DNA of 52,255 nt, from positions 1 through 52,255 of the forward strand of contig JABHQW010000004.1 of the NCBI GenBank assembly GCA_018696595.1. The letters are read 5' to 3'. Below the pieces are notes generated by a model, which saw only the letters and a list, made by a program, of their open reading frames with translations, ran no database searches and had not been told where the DNA came from. A program made the translations under genes and the position numbers. The DNA comes from Candidatus Woesearchaeota archaeon. Its GTDB lineage: Archaea; Nanobdellota; Nanobdellia; Woesearchaeales; GW2011-AR9. Shown here piece by piece: positions 46,517 to 52,255 of this stretch. How positions within the stretch are numbered: position 1 is the stretch's first letter; every line of letters begins with the position of its first letter.

Positions 46517-47412
46517 AATCAAAACAAAAAAGCTTGAAACTACCATATTTAGATAAAGTAGTAATTGACGCTTTAAATCTATTCAAGAAAAGTAAATTAC
46601 CAAAACTAAATTTAAAATATAAACGACCATTAGTTCTAGGGAGTGGAAATGCTGCAGTTACCGGAAGAATAATCTTCGCAGATAAAGATGCAATCTTTGC
46701 TGATGAAGGGAATTATAAACAAAAGCTGAAAGCGATTAAAAATATTGATGGTGCAATCTTACTTTCTGCTTCTGGTGGTAAACATGCCCCTATTATTGCT
46801 AAAGATCTTAAGAAAAGAAAGATTGAAACTGTTCTAATTACAAACAACCCTAATGCTGAAGCAAACCAGTTTGTTAAAAAATCTTTTTTCTATCCGAAAA
46901 ATACTGAACCTTATACTTATAACACTTCTACTTATATGGGTATGATTCTAGGAAAAACAAAAGAATCTCCACAAAAAATATTAAATCTAATTAAAAAAAC
47001 AAAAACTCCAAAAAATCTAAAGAAGTTCAACGCATTCTACATTATTGTTCCAACTGAATTTGATAATGTCCGAGAATTATTTCAAACAAAATTTGATGAA
47101 TTGTTCGGACCCATAATTAATGGCAGAGTGTTTACGATTGAACAAACTAAACATGCAAAAACCGTTGTTCCATCTGATAAAGAATTCTTTATTGGATTAG
47201 GCTATAACAATAAATTATTCGGTAAAAAACAAAACAGATTGAATGTAACATTACCAAAAAGCGCTGGACCAGCAACAGTAATGGCTCTTGGTTATTATAT
47301 TATTGGCCAAATTCAAAAACAACACCCTAATTATTTTAAAAATAATATCACTAATTATACTAAACAAACTTCAAAAATGTTCAAGAGCACAATCAAACCA
47401 ATTGTTGAATAA
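46513..47412 (+). CDS. SIS-fold sugar-phosphate isomerase (putative glucose-6-phosphate isomerase)
   Basis: VLGSGNA, LSASGG, VLITNN; position in a PPP operon. Confidence 0.6.
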   Translation: MKSKQKSLKLPYLDKVVIDALNLFKKSKLPKLNLKYKRPLVLGSGNAAVTGRIIFADKDAIFADEGNYKQKLKAIKNIDGAILLSASGGKHAPIIAKDLKKRKIETVLITNNPNAEANQFVKKSFFYPKNTEPYTYNTSTYMGMILGKTKESPQKILNLIKKTKTPKNLKKFNAFYIIVPTEFDNVRELFQTKFDELFGPIINGRVFTIEQTKHAKTVVPSDKEFFIGLGYNNKLFGKKQNRLNVTLPKSAGPATVMALGYYIIGQIQKQHPNYFKNNITNYTKQTSKMFKSTIKPIVE

Positions 47413-47448
47413 AAATTAACAATCAACTTATCAAAAAAGAGGTAAAAT

Positions 47449-48843
47449 ATGGATGATGTAACTTTTATTATTCTTGGAGCCACAGGCAACTTAACTAAAA
47501 AGAAACTCATTCCCGCAATTTATCATTTGATTGAAAATAAGAAGATAAAAAAATTCGCTATCATTGGAGTAGCCAGAAATAAAACTCAAACAAAAACAAT
47601 TCTCAACAAATCTAAAAAGCATATCAAGAACATTAAACAAAAAGTCTGGAAAGAATTAGAAAATAATTTCCATTATCTTCCGTTGGATTTCTACCAACAA
47701 GAAAAATTTTGCAGTTTAGATCCATTTGTTAAAAATATTGAAAAAAAGAATAAACTTTCCGGTAATAGACTTTTCTATTTAGCTACTTTACCACAACACT
47801 TCCCCGTTATTGCTAAAACTCTAAAGAAATGTGCTTTAACCAAAAAAACCAAAAACAATTGGGTCAGAGCAGTATTTGAGAAACCTTTCGGTCACGATTT
47901 AAAATCAGCAAAAAAAATTAATAAAACGATTAAAAAGATCTTCAAAGAAAAACAAATTTATCGAATTGACCATTATCTAGGCAAAGAGCTAATCCAAAAC
48001 ATTGCTATAACTAAGTTCACTAACACTTTTCTTGAACCGCTTTTAAACAATAGGTATGTTGACCATGTACAAGTTATTCTTAGTGAAAACGTTGGTATTG
48101 AAGAGAGAGGCCCATTCTACGACAAATATGGAGTGATTAGAGATGTTCTCCAAAATCATATGATGCAAATGCTTTCTTTAAGTACAATGGAAAAACCAAA
48201 AAAGTTTTCAGGAAATTATATCCGTGATGAAAAAGTAAAAATCTTAAAAACAGTAAAAACAACTAAAGAACTTGTTGTTGGACAATACATTGGTTATAAG
48301 AAAGAAAAAGGCATCCCTAAGAATTCAAAAACAGAAACTTTTGCTGCTACTAAACTTTTCGTTAACAATAAACGTTGGAAAAAAGTACCATTCTACCTGA
48401 TTGCAGGAAAGAAGATGAAAAATAAAATCACTTCTGTTTATTTTCAATTTAAAAAAGCTCAATGTCTTAACATCAACAACCATTGCGATTTTAAAGCCAA
48501 TTACTTAACTATTCAAATTCAACCTGAAGAGGGTTATTATCTGCAAATGAACGCCAAAGTTCCTGGCGAAGAAAAAGTTACTGCAGTAAAAATGGACTTC
48601 TGTCATGCTTGTACTTTTGGCCCTAACACGCCAGCAGCTTATGAAACTCTTTTAGAGGATGTTATTGAAGGAGATCAATCATCTTTCGTTAGAACAGATG
48701 AAATTGAACAACAATGGAAAATTACAGATAAAATTACAGAACAAAAAAAAAAATTATACAAATACAAAATCAAAACATATCCGAAACAAGCAAATAAACT
48801 AATTGAAAAAGATAACAGAAAATGGCACTTGGTAGTAAAATAA
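47449..48843 (+). CDS. zwf: Glucose-6-phosphate 1-dehydrogenase (bacterial type)
   Basis: GATGNL, GVAR, EKPFG, RIDHYLGKE, RDVLQNH. Confidence 0.96.
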   Translation: MDDVTFIILGATGNLTKKKLIPAIYHLIENKKIKKFAIIGVARNKTQTKTILNKSKKHIKNIKQKVWKELENNFHYLPLDFYQQEKFCSLDPFVKNIEKKNKLSGNRLFYLATLPQHFPVIAKTLKKCALTKKTKNNWVRAVFEKPFGHDLKSAKKINKTIKKIFKEKQIYRIDHYLGKELIQNIAITKFTNTFLEPLLNNRYVDHVQVILSENVGIEERGPFYDKYGVIRDVLQNHMMQMLSLSTMEKPKKFSGNYIRDEKVKILKTVKTTKELVVGQYIGYKKEKGIPKNSKTETFAATKLFVNNKRWKKVPFYLIAGKKMKNKITSVYFQFKKAQCLNINNHCDFKANYLTIQIQPEEGYYLQMNAKVPGEEKVTAVKMDFCHACTFGPNTPAAYETLLEDVIEGDQSSFVRTDEIEQQWKITDKITEQKKKLYKYKIKTYPKQANKLIEKDNRKWHLVVK

Positions 48844-48844
48844 A

Positions 48845-49501
48845 ATGAAAAACAACTCTAAGACACCATTAATATTGATCGACAGAGATGGAACATTAAT
48901 CTTTGACAATAAATATCATCTTGGCAGAACTAATGATTGGAAAAAGAAAATTAAATTCCTTCCCGGAGTGATTAATGGTATTAAAAAACTTAAAAAAATC
49001 CCCAACATCAAAATTTATATGGTTACTAATCAGCCTGGTGTAGCCATTAAAGATTTTAAATTGCTAACAAAAGAAAGAGCAGAACAAGTAGCTCAATATA
49101 TTGAAGAAAAACTGAACAAAAGAGGAGCAATAATTGATGGACATTTTGTTTGCGGTCATGCTTCTCCTGCTTATACCAAAAAAAGAAGCGAATACAAATT
49201 CCACAAAAAGTTAATCTGTAACTGTACTTGTATTAAACCCAACTATGGTATGGTTTTCGATGCTTTGAAAAAAGAAGGTTTAAAGAAAAGTAATACTAAC
49301 ATTTATGTGATTGGCGACAGGATTTCAGATATTAAAACGGCTTTGAAAGTAAACGGAAAAGGCATCTTTGTTCCATTCAAAGGAGAAAAAGAAGAAATTG
49401 AAAAAATTAATAAAATCAAAAATAAGAATAAAAAAAGCATCTATTTAGCAAAAAACTTTTTAGATGCAACTAAATTAATTATTAAAAAAGAAAAGAGGTA
49501 A
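48845..49501 (+). CDS. HAD-IIIA phosphatase (GmhB/HisB-like)
   Basis: DRDGTL, VTNQPG, CxCxKP, IGDRISD. Confidence 0.88.
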   Translation: MKNNSKTPLILIDRDGTLIFDNKYHLGRTNDWKKKIKFLPGVINGIKKLKKIPNIKIYMVTNQPGVAIKDFKLLTKERAEQVAQYIEEKLNKRGAIIDGHFVCGHASPAYTKKRSEYKFHKKLICNCTCIKPNYGMVFDALKKEGLKKSNTNIYVIGDRISDIKTALKVNGKGIFVPFKGEKEEIEKINKIKNKNKKSIYLAKNFLDATKLIIKKEKR

Positions 49502-49504
49502 AAA

Positions 49505-50407
49505 ATGAAAATAGGATTTATTGGTTTAGGCCGAATGGGATATAGTATGTGTTTAAACTTATTAGAACATAAACATAAATTAGTAGTCTATGACGTTAAT
49601 AAAAAACCAATCCAACAATTAGCAAGAAAAGGAGCTATCCCTGCTTACAACATGGAAGAAGTAATCTCAAAATTACCTAAACAAAAAATTGTTTGGTTAA
49701 TGATTCCTGCAAAATTTGTTGATGATACACTTAAAAAATTACTCCCTCTATTAAACAAAAACGATATTGTTATTGATGGTGGAAATTCTTATTATACTGA
49801 TTCAATTAAAAGATATAACCAACTAAAAAAGAAAGGCATCAAATTTCTTGACTGTGGAACTTCTGGAGGAATTGAAGGAGCCAGATACGGTGCCTGTATG
49901 ATGGTCGGCGGAGACAAACCAGTATTCAAAAAAGTTGAAAAACTTTTCAAAGACCAATGTGTTGAAAGAGGTTACGGATATATGGGCAATCCCGGAGCAG
50001 GACATTTTGTTAAAATGGCTCATAATGCTATTGAGTATGGAATGATGGGTGCAATTGCTGAAGGGTTTAAAGCGATTGAAAAACAAGTCCCAAAATTTAA
50101 AACCAATATTAAAGAAGTTGCAAAAGTTTATTCTCACGGCAGTATTATTGAAGGTAAACTAATGGGCTGGCTCTGGCACGCGTTCAAAAAACCAGGTTAT
50201 TTAAAACAGATTTCTTGTGAAGTTCCTAAAGGAGAAACTGAAGAAGAGATGAAAATGCTAGAAAAAATGAGCAATATGCCAATTTTGCATCAAGCACATT
50301 TAATGCGTGAACGTTCACGGAAAATGAAAGTCTGTGGCCAGTTAATTGCAGCAATGAGAAACATGTTCGGCGGCCATGCAATTATTAGAAAACAAGAAAA
50401 GAGGTAA
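49505..50407 (+). CDS. gnd: 6-phosphogluconate dehydrogenase, short (YqeC-type) form
   Basis: GLGRMG, IDGGNS, DCGTSGG, GHFVKMAHNAIEYG, MRNMFGGH. Confidence 0.93.
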   Translation: MKIGFIGLGRMGYSMCLNLLEHKHKLVVYDVNKKPIQQLARKGAIPAYNMEEVISKLPKQKIVWLMIPAKFVDDTLKKLLPLLNKNDIVIDGGNSYYTDSIKRYNQLKKKGIKFLDCGTSGGIEGARYGACMMVGGDKPVFKKVEKLFKDQCVERGYGYMGNPGAGHFVKMAHNAIEYGMMGAIAEGFKAIEKQVPKFKTNIKEVAKVYSHGSIIEGKLMGWLWHAFKKPGYLKQISCEVPKGETEEEMKMLEKMSNMPILHQAHLMRERSRKMKVCGQLIAAMRNMFGGHAIIRKQEKR

Positions 50408-50412
50408 ATAAA

Positions 50413-50766
50413 ATGGATAAAAAAATGATAATGGGTGTGATGATGTTATTAATGATAATATCATTAGTGTTTGCAATCTGGGGAGTACAGATGCATACCA
50501 AAGTTGTAAAAGAAGAAGCTAAGTTTCATGTTGCTCAAGCAGAATACTTTAGCTTAGATAAAGTAACTAGAGAATCAGCAGCAACTGGATCTGAATTAAC
50601 CCAAGACTTAGTTGAGATTGTTAATTACCCTTCGGCATTAATGGAATTAAAGTTATTAGGTGTTGGAAAAATTTTAACAGGAATTTATGTGTTGTTATTT
50701 GGAATCTTGATTGCTTTAGTAATGATGCCAGTAAGACTAGGTAACATTATAAAGAAAAAGAAATAA
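50413..50766 (+). CDS. Two-TM membrane protein of unknown function
   Basis: ORF after GAGGT, two hydrophobic helices. Confidence 0.75.
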   Translation: MDKKMIMGVMMLLMIISLVFAIWGVQMHTKVVKEEAKFHVAQAEYFSLDKVTRESAATGSELTQDLVEIVNYPSALMELKLLGVGKILTGIYVLLFGILIALVMMPVRLGNIIKKKK

Positions 50767-50795
50767 ATTTCTAATTATTTTTTTATTTTTTCTTT

Positions 50796-51446
50796 TCATT
50801 TATACTTCTTGATATTCAAACAAATCTTCCCATGACCTTTATCAAATTCTCCTTTCGCTTGATTAATAATCTTCATCGCTTGTGGACAAGTATTTACCAA
50901 AAATATGTTATCTAAATCTTTTGGACTAATCAACTTCTTCTTCATAGGTTGCTTTTCCATCCAATCAATTAACCCTTTCCACATTGGCCCAAGTAATATT
51001 ATTGGAACATTATCACAAATATGTTTCACTTGTAACAATTGCCAGGTATAAAACAATTCTAAAATAGTTCCTATCCCACCAGGAGCAACTACAACAACGT
51101 TAGACAATTTCATAAAATCATCCAATCTTCCAGAAAATTTGTTAAACTGTTTTTTAATATCGAGATGAAACCCATCGTGCTGTTCAAACGGAAGATTAAT
51201 GGTTAACCCAATTGAATGAGAACCATTATTTTTTTTCTTCTTCCTGCCTGAATGATGCCCACGAGAAGCCGCATCCATTAACCCTGGACCACCACCTGAA
51301 ATTAAGTCCATGTTATTCTCAGCAATCATGCTAGCCAAAGTATGTACAAAAGTATATGTCTTCTCACCTTTCTTAGTCCGAGCAGAACCAAAAATGGCAA
51401 CCCGAAAATGTTTTTTATTAATTTTCATTTTTTTTGTTTTTTTCAT
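50796..51446 (-). CDS. LOG family (Rossmann-fold nucleotide-binding) protein
   Basis: IFGSAR, SGGGPGLM, PGGIGTILE; start at 51446 or slightly downstream. Confidence 0.9.
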   Translation of the reverse strand: MKKTKKMKINKKHFRVAIFGSARTKKGEKTYTFVHTLASMIAENNMDLISGGGPGLMDAASRGHHSGRKKKKNNGSHSIGLTINLPFEQHDGFHLDIKKQFNKFSGRLDDFMKLSNVVVVAPGGIGTILELFYTWQLLQVKHICDNVPIILLGPMWKGLIDWMEKQPMKKKLISPKDLDNIFLVNTCPQAMKIINQAKGEFDKGHGKICLNIKKYK

Positions 51447-51450
51447 TTTC

Positions 51451-52254
51451 TTAACCAAATGTAAAAGCATGAAACGTAAAACCTTCTTTTACAACTAATT
51501 TCAAATTATACTCACCATGATCACCATCAAAAACATTATACAATTGAGGTTTGTCAACAATAACAAAAGCTTTCTCACCATCAAACTGTACATCCTCTCC
51601 AGCTTGTTCTTTAGAAACATAAAGACCATCAATAAATACTTCCATCTCTACTGCTTCTTCAAGATTATCAGCCACAATGTTAACAGAACCTGCCAAAAAA
51701 TCCAAGATAATAGCAGCAGAATCTTCTTTTGCTTCTAAATTATCTGCGTTACTGTGCCAAGAACTTTGTAAATAAATCACGTCCCTATTTGTTTCCCCAG
51801 ACAAAACGTAATCTACAGTATCCTTAGAATTTAACCCCCCAGAATTACCAACATCTTGTCCTCGAGGTAAAGCAAATGAGTATCCAGCATAAAGTTCTGG
51901 AGTTGTTGGTAGTTTAGGAGTTTTATCAGGCATCTCTGAAAGAGGAATTTCTTCAACTTCCGTTCCAATCTCAGAAAGAAGTTTTTGAATAACTTTTTCA
52001 GTCTGATCGTAAGCACCTTCTCCAATATGGTCAAAACGAATATAACCTTCAGAATCAATTAAATATTTACGTGGCCAAAAACGATTTTTAAAATTTCTCC
52101 AAGTTTTATAATTATTATCCTGAACAACAATATATTCAATCCCATATTTTTCCATCGCCGATTTAACATTATCAATATCTTTCTCAAACTCAAATTCAGG
52201 CGTGTGAACACCAATAATAACTAAACCCTGATCTTTATATTTCTCATCCCAAGA
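51451..52254 (-). CDS. Partial DipZ-like thioredoxin-domain protein (runs off the window end)
   Basis: Frame stays open to the window end: WDEKYKDQGLVIIGVHTPEFEFEK...NRFWPRKYLID...TPELYAGY...AFTFG. Confidence 0.88.
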   Translation of the reverse strand, partial: SWDEKYKDQGLVIIGVHTPEFEFEKDIDNVKSAMEKYGIEYIVVQDNNYKTWRNFKNRFWPRKYLIDSEGYIRFDHIGEGAYDQTEKVIQKLLSEIGTEVEEIPLSEMPDKTPKLPTTPELYAGYSFALPRGQDVGNSGGLNSKDTVDYVLSGETNRDVIYLQSSWHSNADNLEAKEDSAAIILDFLAGSVNIVADNLEEAVEMEVFIDGLYVSKEQAGEDVQFDGEKAFVIVDKPQLYNVFDGDHGEYNLKLVVKEGFTFHAFTFG

Positions 52255-52255
52255 A

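Noticed and set aside
1-52255. CRISPR array, rRNA, integrase or transposase
   Set aside because: No regularly spaced repeats, rRNA-like sequence, or DDE/tyrosine-recombinase/HUH motifs were seen; other short track ORFs nested in or antisense to assigned genes were treated as spurious

Overview
A gene-dense, AT-rich (roughly one-third G+C) archaeal chromosome segment using genetic code 11, with GGAGG/GAGGTGA ribosome-binding sites and TTTAWA-type TATA boxes. The gene set points to a DPANN archaeon, most likely Woesearchaeota (inference): a Methanococcales-like S-layer protein, a double-HTH Lrp, PAN, FEN1, RFC-L, EndA, archaeal GlyRS/ValRS/CysRS, and a large TIM-barrel protein. Housekeeping genes are interleaved with accessory genes. 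The last 12 kb hold a divergent cluster with a bacterial-type pentose phosphate pathway (zwf, gnd, tal, split tkt, SIS isomerase) and thiol-redox genes (TrxB, glutaredoxin, ferredoxin:thioredoxin reductase, rubredoxin-like, DipZ-like). The most unusual signal is non-coding. Several GC-rich intergenic stem-loop elements (4102-4184, 14486-14564, 19691-19821, and a degenerate copy at 12707-12767) share modular sequence blocks and show a compensatory base-pair change, suggesting an undescribed structured-RNA or palindromic-element family. Other highlights are a tRNA-Val(GAC)-like gene with a perfect BHB intron but several invariant tRNA positions altered, a candidate box C/D sRNA, a GuaB-like protein with GMP-reductase motifs, an H1-like protein near a cold-shock protein with an acidic tail, a PIN-less PINA and a THUMP-less ThiI. 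All calls come from reading the sequence and ORF track; no database searches were run.
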